NCBI GenBank assembly: GCA_963805085.1
Contig: CAWDTA010000002.1
Location: 384,001-448,000 of the forward strand
Source: an uncultured Veillonellaceae bacterium
GTDB taxonomy: Bacteria; Bacillota; Negativicutes; JARBTT01
DNA length: 64,000 nt
Direction of reading: 5' to 3'
Below, in pieces: positions 10,189-20,493 of this stretch. The translations under genes were made by a program, and so were the position numbers. Each line of letters begins with the position of its first letter. Position 1 is the first letter of the stretch. Below the pieces are notes generated by a model. The model made no database searches and was not told where the DNA came from. It saw only the letters and a list, made by a program, of their open reading frames with translations.

Positions 10189-11919
10189 ATGCTAGATAAA
10201 CGCTTGGTTACTGAAGCAAAACTATATAAACATCGTTTTTTTAAACTAATCGCCCTGAGTTTAGTCAATGCGATATGCATCGTATTGATCGCCTATGAGA
10301 TGACGACAATCATCAATGGCGTATTTTTAGAAAAACTTCTCATATCAGAAGTAGTATCGCCTCTTGCGATACTACTTTTCGTTATGCTCGCAAAATCCAT
10401 CACTATGTGGCTGACCGAAAACGTCGCGCACGGCATCGCGCAAAATATAAAGGGGAATCTGCGGACACGCCTACTTGATCATATGGTCCGTCTAGGACCA
10501 ATTCCTTTAGCCAAAGAGCAAACTGGTGAACTCATCAATTTGTTGACTGAAGGAATCAACCATTTAGACGATTATTTCACAAAATTTTTGCCACAAATCA
10601 TTAGTACTGCGATCATCCCTCTTTTGATCTTGCTTATCGTTTTACCAGTTGATTTCAAAACAGCTATTATTTTACTCATTACCGCCCCACTCATTCCTAT
10701 TTTTATGACCTTAATTGGCAGACTGGCTAGTAAAGAAAATAAAGAGCAATGGCAAACGTTATCACGGATTAGTGCTCATTTTCTTGATGTCATCGAAGGG
10801 CTTACGACATTAAAGATTTTCAACCAAAGTATTGCACAAATCAAAATCATCGAAAAGCTGAGTAATGAATTTCGCGACATTACCTTAAAAGTACTTCGTC
10901 TGGCCTTTCTATCAGCACTTGTTCTAGAGCTTATTGCAACGTTGAGTGTCGCTTTGGTGGCTGTGACAATCGGTCTACGCTTGCTAGATGATAATATTAC
11001 TTTTTTTACAGCATTTTTTCTTTTATTGCTTGCACCAGAGTTTTATCTTCCCCTTCGTCAACTTGGCACTGCCTTTCATGCCTCCATGTCCGGGACAACT
11101 GCTGCTGATCGCATTTATCAAGTATTACGTATATCAACTAACGAAGATAGGACTGATACCGAAACACTTGCATTCAACAAGCAACAGGCCATGTCAATTG
11201 CATTCAAAGAAGTTGCGTTTTCCTACAATGCCAAACGGCCTGTTTTAAAAGACTTCACGATTGACATAAAGGCTGGTGAGCACGCAGCGATTGTTGGTGC
11301 CAGTGGATCCGGCAAAACAACGCTTTTTAACTTGCTATTGAAATTTATTCAACCACAGTCTGGAGATATTTTCATCAATGGTCTTCCCTTAGCAAAAATC
11401 AAACAACGTGATTGGCTAAAAAATGTTGCTTATGTGCCGCAAGCACCGCATATTTTTGCGCAGACAGTGGCCGAAAACATTGCGCTAGGGAGCAGTACCG
11501 CGACCTTAGGAGACATTCAGGCAGCAGCAAAATTAGCAATGGCTCATGATTTTATTGAGAAATTACCGCTAGGTTATCAAACAAAGCTCGGGGAGGGTGG
11601 TCATCAGCTAAGTGGTGGCCAAATGCGCCGTATTGCAATTGCTAGAACGTTTTTACAAGACGCTGCAGTAATTCTTCTAGATGAAGCGACTACTGGCTTA
11701 GACGTCAATACAGAGGCTGAAATCTCAGCTGCACTCAGAGCTCTTACCGCAGAAAAAACAACGATTACTATCGCGCACCGTTTAAAATCTGTTGAAAAAG
11801 CTGATAAAGTGATTGTCATGGAGAATGGTGAAATCATCGAGGTTGGCAATCATGAAGAACTCATCAAGAAGCGTGGTGCTTATTTCACTATGCTCATGGC
11901 ATATAGAGGTGAACAATGA
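10189..11919 (+). CDS. cydD: Thiol reductant ABC exporter CydD
   Basis: TM domain with LRLAFLSALVLE and LAPEFYLPLR; Walker A GASGSGKT; LSGGQ. Confidence 0.93.
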   Translation: MLDKRLVTEAKLYKHRFFKLIALSLVNAICIVLIAYEMTTIINGVFLEKLLISEVVSPLAILLFVMLAKSITMWLTENVAHGIAQNIKGNLRTRLLDHMVRLGPIPLAKEQTGELINLLTEGINHLDDYFTKFLPQIISTAIIPLLILLIVLPVDFKTAIILLITAPLIPIFMTLIGRLASKENKEQWQTLSRISAHFLDVIEGLTTLKIFNQSIAQIKIIEKLSNEFRDITLKVLRLAFLSALVLELIATLSVALVAVTIGLRLLDDNITFFTAFFLLLLAPEFYLPLRQLGTAFHASMSGTTAADRIYQVLRISTNEDRTDTETLAFNKQQAMSIAFKEVAFSYNAKRPVLKDFTIDIKAGEHAAIVGASGSGKTTLFNLLLKFIQPQSGDIFINGLPLAKIKQRDWLKNVAYVPQAPHIFAQTVAENIALGSSTATLGDIQAAAKLAMAHDFIEKLPLGYQTKLGEGGHQLSGGQMRRIAIARTFLQDAAVILLDEATTGLDVNTEAEISAALRALTAEKTTITIAHRLKSVEKADKVIVMENGEIIEVGNHEELIKKRGAYFTMLMAYRGEQ

Positions 11920-13643
11920 ATACATTTCTAAAACTAACAAAACTGATATTACCAGTAATGCCCACTATGTTACTCGCACTCCTTTTAGCTTGGTGCAGCA
12001 TTGCCAGTTCTATTTCATTGATGGCTGCAGCAGCCTACCTTATTGCCAGTGCTGCACTGCACCCATTTTTCTACGAACTTTCACTCGCCATCGTAGCTGT
12101 GCGTTTTTTCGGTATTTCCCGCGCAATATTTCGCTATACAGAACGATATGTATCGCATGATGCGACTTTTCGCATCTTAACGAAACTTCGTGTCTGGTGC
12201 TATCAAAAAATAGAACCACTCGCTCCGGCTAAGTTAAGTGAATGGCAAAGTGGTGAGCTTTTCAGCCTACTGATCCACAACATTGACACATTAAAAGATT
12301 TTTATCTCAGAGTACTGGCCCCCCCCATTACTGCACTTATGATACTCCTCGCATTGGATCTGATTCTCTGCTATTATACGCCGTGGCTAGCTTTGCTACT
12401 GTCGACTGCTTTTCTACTGATTGGTATTATCATTCCACTTACAATCTATCATTTCAATAAAACAAATAGCACGACACTTTTAAAAGAGCAAATGCAATTC
12501 AAAACAAGCTGCATTGATACGCTCACGGGCATGAGTGAAGTCATTGCTTTTCAGTATACGGATCATGCGCGACAAAACATTAAGCAATGTAATCAAAAAA
12601 TTGCTTATAACCAAAATAAAGTGTTTCGCATCAATGCCCTTACCGACGCTGGTGCTAATTTTATTGCGAATTTCACCCTATGGTGCATGCTTGTATTATT
12701 GATTCCCTTAGTCCAAGCAGGGCAGATCACCGGGGTAACGCTCGCAGTCTTTACTTTAGCCTTACAAAGCAGCTTCGAAGCAGTACTAATACTACCGGTT
12801 GTATGGCATTACTATAGTGAAAGCATGACCGCGGCCAAACAAGTTTTTCATATCATCGAAAGTGATATCCCGATTATGGATGTACCTCAGATTAAAACTT
12901 CCCTAAATCCCCAAGCTTTAGATATCGTTGTAAAAAATCTAACCTTTTCCTATAAAAACAATCGACAAATTTTAAACGACGTCTCTTTTCATTTAAAAGC
13001 TGGAGAACACATCGCTATTGTGGGTGCCAGCGGCTCCGGTAAAAGTACGTTAATCAACGTTCTATTACGCTTTTGGGAATATCAAAGTGGCTCTGTCAAT
13101 CTCGGGGGCATTGACTATCAGCACAGCGATTCAGAAACACTCCGCCAATATTTTAATGTAGTAGCACAAAATACTCATATCTTCAATGCTACATTAGAAG
13201 AAAACCTCTTACTAGCTAATCCCAGCGCTAGTAAGGAAGATCTGGAAAAAGCAATCATACAAGCGGAACTAAGTGAACTCATCAAGGCATTACCAGACGG
13301 TTTACAAACAAAGGTTGGTCAGAACGGTAAACTACTATCTGGCGGACAGCGCCAACGGCTTTCGATTGCTCGCGCTTTATTAAAACCAGCTCCAATTCTC
13401 ATGTTAGATGAGCCAACAGTTGGGCTTGATGCAATTACGGAAAGAAAGATCATGAAGACGATTGAGCAGACCTTCGATCACTGCACACTACTTCTCGTTA
13501 CACACAACCTCATTGGACTAGAAAACATGAACCAAATCCTTGTAATGGCTGATGGCAAAATTGTCGAACGAGGCACCTTTGCCGAATTAATGAAAGCGAA
13601 GACGACGTTTTACAAAATGTACACTTACAAACGCGATTTTTAA
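11916..13643 (+). CDS. cydC: Thiol reductant ABC exporter CydC
   Basis: VRFFGISRAIFRYTERYVSHDATFR signature; ABC motifs. Confidence 0.93.
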   Translation: MNTFLKLTKLILPVMPTMLLALLLAWCSIASSISLMAAAAYLIASAALHPFFYELSLAIVAVRFFGISRAIFRYTERYVSHDATFRILTKLRVWCYQKIEPLAPAKLSEWQSGELFSLLIHNIDTLKDFYLRVLAPPITALMILLALDLILCYYTPWLALLLSTAFLLIGIIIPLTIYHFNKTNSTTLLKEQMQFKTSCIDTLTGMSEVIAFQYTDHARQNIKQCNQKIAYNQNKVFRINALTDAGANFIANFTLWCMLVLLIPLVQAGQITGVTLAVFTLALQSSFEAVLILPVVWHYYSESMTAAKQVFHIIESDIPIMDVPQIKTSLNPQALDIVVKNLTFSYKNNRQILNDVSFHLKAGEHIAIVGASGSGKSTLINVLLRFWEYQSGSVNLGGIDYQHSDSETLRQYFNVVAQNTHIFNATLEENLLLANPSASKEDLEKAIIQAELSELIKALPDGLQTKVGQNGKLLSGGQRQRLSIARALLKPAPILMLDEPTVGLDAITERKIMKTIEQTFDHCTLLLVTHNLIGLENMNQILVMADGKIVERGTFAELMKAKTTFYKMYTYKRDF

Positions 13644-13659
13644 AATCATCTTTTGAAAA

Positions 13660-13813
13660 AGTGTGTTTCAAAAAAACACAACCATAAAATTCAAGAGACT
13701 GTTACAAGATGCCCAGATGCTAGGAAGGGCGAGAATGCGAGGGCGTACGTGTAGTACGTTGAGCGAGTGCTCGCAGGTTGAGCAACGCAGATGGGTATTT
13801 TGTAACAGTCTCT
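13660..13813 (+). mobile_element. ERIC-like MITE, copy 1 (120-bp TIR core 13694-13813 plus shared flank)
   Basis: 22-bp TIR agagactgttacaa(g/a)at(g/a)ccca; reverse-complement homolog at 53921-54080. Confidence 0.8.
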
Positions 13814-13863
13814 AAAAAAAAGCGAGGCGATGCATTCTCAGAAATGCATTGCCTCGCTTTTTA
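13814..13863. terminator. Bidirectional terminator
   Basis: aaaaaagcgaggcgatgcatt...aatgcattgcctcgcttttt between convergent genes. Confidence 0.85.
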
Positions 13864-13877
13864 TGCTATGTAAAGAA

Positions 13878-15233
13878 CTATTCTTTTATTTTTAGACCGC
13901 ATTCTTCCATTAGCTTCTTCGCCTCAACATATTGAGCAATCCCGGCGGCTACTTTTTTAGCATCCTTCATTGCTCGAACCACTGTCGCTGGACCATGAAC
14001 CACATCACCACCAGAAAAAATACCATGACGCGTACTCATACCGTAAGGACGATCTTTGGTCTTCACAAAACCACCTTCGTTGACTTCAATCCCACGTGTC
14101 GTGGCAATAATCCGCCCTGCTGGTTTTTGCCCAATTGCAATAATCACTTTATTAGCGGGAATGGTTTCAAAGTCACCCGTGCCCACGGCTTTATCGTCAT
14201 GTACTTCACGGATTTCACATTCTAACCCAGTTACTTTCGTATCTCCCACAAATTTCACAGGACTTCTTAATCCCATGAAAGTAATGCCTTCTTTTTTGGC
14301 TACTTCCACTTCCGATGGCAGTGCCGCAACTTTATCTTCGGTTTCACGGAATATAACTGTTACCTTTGCTGCTTTTTCCCGCTTTGCAGTGCGTGCCGCA
14401 TCCATCGCTACATTCCCCGCACCGATGATCACAACATGATCGCCCTTATCAATTGGCACTTCTTCGCGATCAACGCTGCCCTGATTTGCCAATGCAACCA
14501 TTTGCAATAAGTAAGTTGCTTCAATAACGCCCGACAAATTTTTTCCATCAATATTAAGCGTTTTTGCTACTGCATTCCCAGTACCAACAAAAATAGCATC
14601 AAATCCTTGCGCAAAAATATCATCTAACGTTAAATCTTGCCCAATCATAACATTGGTTCTAAACTGCACCCCGAAACGTTCAATCTTTTGAATTTCACGT
14701 CTAACTACAGATTTTGCTAAACGAAATGCGGGAATACCATACATTAAAACGCCACCTGGCTCAGCTTGTGCATCAAACACAGCTACTTTAAAACCCATCT
14801 TGGCTAAATCACCAGCTACCGTAAGCCCTGCAGGGCCAGAGCCAATGACTGCTACTTTTCCTTTTTCTTCCCATAATTTAGGGAGTGGCGTAATTTCTAG
14901 ATCCCCATCAAGATCTGCTACAAACCGTTCTAGTTTACCGATTTGTATACTTTGCCCATCCTGATTTAGTACGCAAGCACCTTCACATTGTTTTTCCCGC
15001 GGACAAACGCGTCCACAAACAGCAGGAAGGTTACTCCGACGAGCAATTACTGCACTTGCCTGTCCAAGATTGCCATTGGCAAGCTCTCTAATAAAAGCTG
15101 GAATTTCATTTTCAATTGGACACCCTGTGCGACAATTTGGTTTTACACAGTTTAAGCACCGTTTAGCTTCTGTAACAGCCTCTTTCAAAGTAAATCCTTT
15201 AGGATCATACATTTCCATTGTTTTATCAGCCAT
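13878..15233 (-). CDS. GltD/NfnB(SudA)-like Fe-S flavoprotein NAD(P)H oxidoreductase
   Basis: RCLNCxxxxCxxGCP, CGRVCPxxxQC, GSGPAG, GAGNVAMD, GGDVVHGP. Confidence 0.9.
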   Translation of the reverse strand: MADKTMEMYDPKGFTLKEAVTEAKRCLNCVKPNCRTGCPIENEIPAFIRELANGNLGQASAVIARRSNLPAVCGRVCPREKQCEGACVLNQDGQSIQIGKLERFVADLDGDLEITPLPKLWEEKGKVAVIGSGPAGLTVAGDLAKMGFKVAVFDAQAEPGGVLMYGIPAFRLAKSVVRREIQKIERFGVQFRTNVMIGQDLTLDDIFAQGFDAIFVGTGNAVAKTLNIDGKNLSGVIEATYLLQMVALANQGSVDREEVPIDKGDHVVIIGAGNVAMDAARTAKREKAAKVTVIFRETEDKVAALPSEVEVAKKEGITFMGLRSPVKFVGDTKVTGLECEIREVHDDKAVGTGDFETIPANKVIIAIGQKPAGRIIATTRGIEVNEGGFVKTKDRPYGMSTRHGIFSGGDVVHGPATVVRAMKDAKKVAAGIAQYVEAKKLMEECGLKIKE

Positions 15234-15761
15234 ACATTTATGCCTCTATTCTTTATAATTTAGTTACATGCCACTTTACCTATTCATTTTAGAAATAAAT
15301 AATAATAAATAATCGATAAGTTCTAATGATTGAACTATAACTTCTAAAAATTATTATAGCACTGTTTTTCTCTCATAACTAGATAAATCCGTATAAAAAT
15401 ACAAGTTATTTTATGAACTTATTCATTTTGAGAAATTAATAACGTGCTATATTTCACATGGAATAATTATAATATTTAAACAATTTAACATTATACAAAA
15501 ATTTAGTATTTTTATCCGTCCTTTATTTTCAAGGTATTTCAATATTTCTCTATATTTATTTTAAAATTTAAATGATTATTCGCCAACTTAATCACCAATT
15601 TTACCCTTTATAATTTTATGTATAAATATGCATATATATTATCTGCAATAAAGGGGACTGAGTCAATTCAACAATTCATGGAAAAATGGATTAATGATAA
15701 TAAAACAGCGACAACCTCTCATAAATAAGTTATAATAAATTTAATAAGGTGGTGCATTGAT

Positions 15762-16016
15762 ATGGATACTGAATTATTGAAGTACCTAGATGAAAAATTT
15801 AATAAAATTGATGAGAAATTCAATAAAATTGATAAAAATTTTGATGAAATCAAAATGGAACTATCCGAATTCAGAGCAGAAAATCATAACGACATCCAAT
15901 CTCTTTATACTGCCGTCGGTGAGCTTCAAGGAAACGTAGAGGAAATGCAATATGATACATCCTATATAGCAGCGAAGACATTGTTACACAAAAAGCCGCC
16001 TAAATTTTCCAAGTAA
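15762..16016 (+). CDS. Hypothetical coiled-coil protein with DEKFNKI heptad repeats
   Basis: AAGGTGGTG RBS; TATAAT upstream; 21-bp repeats at 15789-15851. Confidence 0.7.
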   Translation: MDTELLKYLDEKFNKIDEKFNKIDKNFDEIKMELSEFRAENHNDIQSLYTAVGELQGNVEEMQYDTSYIAAKTLLHKKPPKFSK

Positions 16017-16329
16017 ATAAAAGATAAAAAGAACCTATAAGTTACCGAAATTGTTTTTCAGTAGCCTATAGGCTCTTTTGAGTTTATGTTTTTTTCCTCA
16101 AAATAACACTTGTTATTTAATATCTACTGAATGAAAGCTAAAGCTAGTGATATAATAGGTAAAGATTATGTCATCGTTTAGGTACTTATTGAGTACTTAT
16201 TCTTATAAAAGCCATAAGATTTTGACGAATGATTAAACGTTTCGTTATTAAAAAAAGATACAGATGTAGTAGCCAAATAATATATGATATAATTTAATTG
16301 ACAAAACTATTGCACGGGAGTGATTTTAT

Positions 16330-17037
16330 ATGGATGCAACTGAATTTAATGACCTTGTTACTTTGGTTATGGAAAGCAACTTAAAACCGCCAGATTCTTT
16401 ATTTCATGGTGGATATGATGATTGGCATGCTCGCGCTAGATTGGCACATTTTTTAGCAATGCCTGATTTCGATAAACCTGCCATTGCGATTGAATTGTTT
16501 AAAACCATAGTCGAAATTGAGACAAATGAAGAAAATCCTGAAGATGTAGAAGAAAAAGTCTTCGCCCTACAGCGTTTGAGTTCTTGTTTACGCACTGAAA
16601 AAGATAAGTTAGAAGAATCATTAACCTATATCAGTTTAGCCATTGAATTAGCTGAGGGTACAGATTTCTTGTACAAATACATCTTACGCGGCGAACTATG
16701 GGCTGATCGTTGGATGACCTTACATATGCAAAACAAAACCAATATCGCTATTGCTGAAGCAAACGAAAAAATTGAAATTTATGAAGAAATTCCAATTGAG
16801 CATAACAGCTATCTTTACTATGCTTATCGCTTCAAAGCACAAGTGGCTGGCTCAAATGGGACAACCTTAATCGCCAAGGACTTCATGCATAAAGCAATTT
16901 CCCTTATGGAAGTGAAAGAAGAATTCAAGGAGGGCCTTGAGGTCGCTTTTTCTGCCGATCACGATAACGCTTCGTGGATTCTAAACGACATTGACAAGGC
17001 GACTCCGCCCCTAGATAAGTGTCATTGGGATATCTAA
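16330..17037 (+). CDS. Hypothetical alpha-helical (TPR-like) protein
   Basis: GGGAGTG RBS; 235-aa helical, acidic ORF; terminator follows. Confidence 0.75.
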   Translation: MDATEFNDLVTLVMESNLKPPDSLFHGGYDDWHARARLAHFLAMPDFDKPAIAIELFKTIVEIETNEENPEDVEEKVFALQRLSSCLRTEKDKLEESLTYISLAIELAEGTDFLYKYILRGELWADRWMTLHMQNKTNIAIAEANEKIEIYEEIPIEHNSYLYYAYRFKAQVAGSNGTTLIAKDFMHKAISLMEVKEEFKEGLEVAFSADHDNASWILNDIDKATPPLDKCHWDI

Positions 17038-17055
17038 TGAACCGCATACGATAAC

Positions 17056-17110
17056 AAAGACCGTTCAGTGTGAATTTTAAAATCCACATTGAACGGTCTT
17101 TGTTTTTTCT
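17056..17110. terminator. Bidirectional terminator
   Basis: aaagaccgttcagtgtg...cacattgaacggtcttt followed by a T-tract. Confidence 0.8.
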
Positions 17111-17863
17111 TTAAAATATTTCTAGCCCCACAGGACAATGATCACTACCAAAAATCTCATTATAAATGCTAGCTGCTTTGATTTGCTGTTTGATTTCATC
17201 AGAAACGAGGAAGTAATCAATCCGCCACCCCGCATTTGTAGCACGCGCTTGCCGCATGTAAGACCACCAACTATAACTGTCAGTCTTGTCAGGATACAAA
17301 TAGCGGAAACTATCGGTAAAACCCGCATTCAATAGCGTTGTCATCTTATCTCTTTCTTCATCAGTAAAGCCGGCATTACGATGATTTGTTTTCGGGTTTT
17401 TAAGATCAATTTCCTGGTGGGCAACGTTTAAATCACCACAAATAATCACCGATTTTTTTTCGTCTAATGCCGTTAGGTAAGCCCTAAAATCATCTTCCCA
17501 GTGCATGCGATATTGCAGCCTTTCTAGTTCACGTTTCGAGTTTGGCGTATACACTGTAACCAAATAAAAATCAGCGAACTCTAAGGTAATCACGCGTCCT
17601 TCTTGATCGTGCTCCTCCACCCCTAATCCATAGCTAACGCTAATCGGTACAATCCTAGTAAATACCGCCGTACCAGAATATCCTTTTTTTATCGCACTAT
17701 TCCAATATTGCTGATACCCTTCCAAATTGACTTCTGCTTGCCCTTGCTGCATTTTCGTTTCCTGCAAACAAAAGATATCTGCATCTAGCGCTTGAAACGT
17801 TTCGCCAAAGCCTTTTCCCAAACACGCTCTTAGTCCATTTACATTCCAGGATATCATCTTCAT
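17111..17863 (-). CDS. xth: Exodeoxyribonuclease III / AP endonuclease
   Basis: [36 protein letters not shown]; GGAGG RBS before ATG 17863. Confidence 0.96.
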   Translation of the reverse strand: MKMISWNVNGLRACLGKGFGETFQALDADIFCLQETKMQQGQAEVNLEGYQQYWNSAIKKGYSGTAVFTRIVPISVSYGLGVEEHDQEGRVITLEFADFYLVTVYTPNSKRELERLQYRMHWEDDFRAYLTALDEKKSVIICGDLNVAHQEIDLKNPKTNHRNAGFTDEERDKMTTLLNAGFTDSFRYLYPDKTDSYSWWSYMRQARATNAGWRIDYFLVSDEIKQQIKAASIYNEIFGSDHCPVGLEIF

Positions 17864-17898
17864 CAGTACCACCTCCTTTATTTTTGCTATAGATCATC

Positions 17899-18759
17899 CT
17901 ATTTCAACAGCATATTGATTCTCGGGAATACATGGGTAGCGTTATCATAGAATACCGCCTGATGATATTGTTCTGGAATCAACCGCTGTACGACTTCTAT
18001 ATAGGTTGCCATATTTACGAGCGGCCAATCAGAGCCATACATGATTTTATCATAACGTGATAAATAGGTAAGCCATGTTTTCATCTGCTCTATATACCCT
18101 TTATAGGTGTCGTAAAACCAATCGACATGAAACTTTCCTTCTGCTAATCCTGATAAATCAATATAAACATTCGGATTCTTTTTAGCTACTTCAGTTGCAT
18201 CTACAATCCAAGGATTTCCATAATGTGCCATAACAAAACGAACTCGCGGAAAATTAACAGCGACCTCATCCACGGTTAACGGATGCGAAAACTTGAGCAA
18301 ACCGGCAGAATTTGCTGTGTCCCCAGTATGAATAACAACTGGTATATTATTTGCTTCGGCGAGTTCATAAAAGGGATGATAGACAGAGTCATTGACATGG
18401 AAATGCTGATACCCTGCATATACTTTTAGCCCGACGACATTTTGCTCTTCCAACTTCTTCTTAAATGCAGCTACGCTCGCCTTGCTGTTTCCTTTCGTAA
18501 TTGTAGCGGTATCAATCCCCAAACATTGCACTAAAAAACTAGGGGGTTGTTCCGTCCCAAAATTTACAGTAAGCGGCTTACTGACGACCTTGCTATTGCT
18601 TTCTTTACCATCTACCCCCATACCAATGCCCAAAACGATATTTTCCTCACGAAAAACGCCTGCTAAGTGTTCTAAACTATCTAAATGCCCAGCTTTGTAT
18701 GCTGTTTGCTTAAAATGTTCATTCGCAGAAAAATGCAAATGCGCATCAATAATTTTCAT
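17899..18759 (-). CDS. Amidohydrolase family (Amidohydro_2) protein
   Basis: IIDAHLH, VVIHTGD, MAHYGNP, YGSDWP. Confidence 0.88.
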   Translation of the reverse strand: MKIIDAHLHFSANEHFKQTAYKAGHLDSLEHLAGVFREENIVLGIGMGVDGKESNSKVVSKPLTVNFGTEQPPSFLVQCLGIDTATITKGNSKASVAAFKKKLEEQNVVGLKVYAGYQHFHVNDSVYHPFYELAEANNIPVVIHTGDTANSAGLLKFSHPLTVDEVAVNFPRVRFVMAHYGNPWIVDATEVAKKNPNVYIDLSGLAEGKFHVDWFYDTYKGYIEQMKTWLTYLSRYDKIMYGSDWPLVNMATYIEVVQRLIPEQYHQAVFYDNATHVFPRINMLLK

Positions 18760-18920
18760 TTTGTTGCCTTCTTTCGGTTATTACTAGCTAATGGCTCATT
18801 ATAACATATTTCTCGAAACGACAATGTCATTGGCAAATAGACAATTACTGCTAGATGATTGTATCTTATTTTGCTGATTCGCATAGTTATCTACTATTTC
18901 CTCTATCATATAGAAAAACA

Positions 18921-18948
18921 AAAAAGGCAGTCACTTGACTGCCCTTTT
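18921..18948 (-). terminator. Terminator after rsmA
   Basis: aaaaggcagtca-ct-tgactgcctttt. Confidence 0.8.
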
Positions 18949-18955
18949 ATCATGA

Positions 18956-19816
18956 CTACTCTACCATTTTATTTCTTTCAAGATTGTCAGCGATCACAGC
19001 AAACTCTTGCAAAGTTAAAGTTTCACCGCGTCTCGTCCCATCAATAGCAGCATCATCAATTGCCTTTTTGATTTCTTCTGCGGCAATCCCCATTGTCTTT
19101 AAAGAATTGCTTAAAGTTTTGCGGCGCTGTGAAAATGCCGCTTTTACTACGCGGAAGAACATTTTCTCACTAATTACTTTTACCGCCGGCTCTGGACGTA
19201 CATCACAACAAATCACAACAGAGTCAACAGCTGGTGCCGGAATAAACGATTTTGGTGGAACCTGTGCGACAATCTCTGGCGTTGTATAATACTGTACTGC
19301 CACCGATAATGCACCATAATCTTTCTTACCTGGCTTCGCCACCATGCGATCAGCTACTTCTTTTTGGATCATCGTAACAATTTTTGTTACTGGTAGCTTT
19401 TGCTCTAAAAGCGCCATAATGATTGGCGTTGTAATATAATATGGCAAATTGGCTACCACTTTAAAGTTTTTCCCCTCAACAAGTTCAGGAATATTTACTT
19501 TTAAAATATCACCATGGATAATTCGTACATTCTCGTAACCTTCCAGTGTTTTTGCCAACACTTCGGGTAGGCGATTATCGATTTCAACCGCGATGACATT
19601 TGCTTTCGCTTCAGCTAGCCCCTGCGTTAACGTACCAATCCCAGGACCAACTTCAAGAACGGTTTCCCCTTCTTGAATATCAGAAGCATGTACAATCTCT
19701 TGGACAATTGCCTCATCAATTAAGAAGTTTTGTCCAAGTTTTTTACTCATATGAATGTCAAAAGTTTTTAAGATATACTTTGTTACTTCGCGTTTTGCGA
19801 TTGTAGGCTGAATCAT
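18956..19816 (-). CDS. rsmA: 16S rRNA m6,2A dimethyltransferase
   Basis: KKLGQNFL, EVGPGIG, VANLPYYITTP, FSQRRKTL. Confidence 0.97.
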   Translation of the reverse strand: MIQPTIAKREVTKYILKTFDIHMSKKLGQNFLIDEAIVQEIVHASDIQEGETVLEVGPGIGTLTQGLAEAKANVIAVEIDNRLPEVLAKTLEGYENVRIIHGDILKVNIPELVEGKNFKVVANLPYYITTPIIMALLEQKLPVTKIVTMIQKEVADRMVAKPGKKDYGALSVAVQYYTTPEIVAQVPPKSFIPAPAVDSVVICCDVRPEPAVKVISEKMFFRVVKAAFSQRRKTLSNSLKTMGIAAEEIKKAIDDAAIDGTRRGETLTLQEFAVIADNLERNKMVE

Positions 19817-20376
19817 TCAGTCGTAGTCTCCTCTACTATATCGGCATCCAAAGCATCCAATGCATGAGCAAATTCAGCTTCTGTAACGCCATAATTATTT
19901 AATCTCGTTAAAAATGTTTTGGCATTGGCATAACCAACCCCAAGGACTGCCCCAATTTTCGCTCGTCTTTCCGATGCATTTACAAAACCACTTAATCCTG
20001 CAGCAATCAAATCCGTCGCAGTAAATGTTTGCGTTGGCGTCCATTCCAAGTAACGAACTTTCTCTAGAGCCCTCTGAATCGCTTCTGGTGAAGCTTGCTC
20101 GATACCAACATCATTATTGGCTGTAGCATCTTCTTTAGGTACAAAAGCGTGTTTAGCATTTGGGAAACGTTCGCTTAAGAATTTACGAATACGTTCTCCC
20201 GCCCCATCTGGATCAGTCATAATGATTATACCACGCTTTTCATAGGCTTGACGAATATTCTCAATCATATACGGTTTTAGACTAAATCCACCAGTTATAA
20301 TACAATCCGCTTCTACGGCCTTCTTGATCGCAATCACGTCTTGCTTTCCCTCTACTACAAGAACTTCTTTTATCAT
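19813..20376 (-). CDS. rnmV: Ribonuclease M5
   Basis: IKEVLVVEGKQD, TDPDGAGERIR, GIEQAS; synteny with rsmA. Start could be 20388. Confidence 0.95.
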   Translation of the reverse strand: MIKEVLVVEGKQDVIAIKKAVEADCIITGGFSLKPYMIENIRQAYEKRGIIIMTDPDGAGERIRKFLSERFPNAKHAFVPKEDATANNDVGIEQASPEAIQRALEKVRYLEWTPTQTFTATDLIAAGLSGFVNASERRAKIGAVLGVGYANAKTFLTRLNNYGVTEAEFAHALDALDADIVEETTTE

Positions 20377-20493
20377 TTTAAAACCCACTTTATCTCTGAA
20401 ATAGTTATAAATATCATTTTAACACGGAAAGGCAACCTTTGCAGTATAAACGAAGAGCTGTCGCAAAATTCTTTTGCAACAGCCCCAATGAAG

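Noticed and set aside
20452-20485. Hairpin resembling the MITE TIR (gagctgtcgcaaaa...ttttgcaacagccc)
   Set aside because: Too short to call an element; fits a terminator after yabE.
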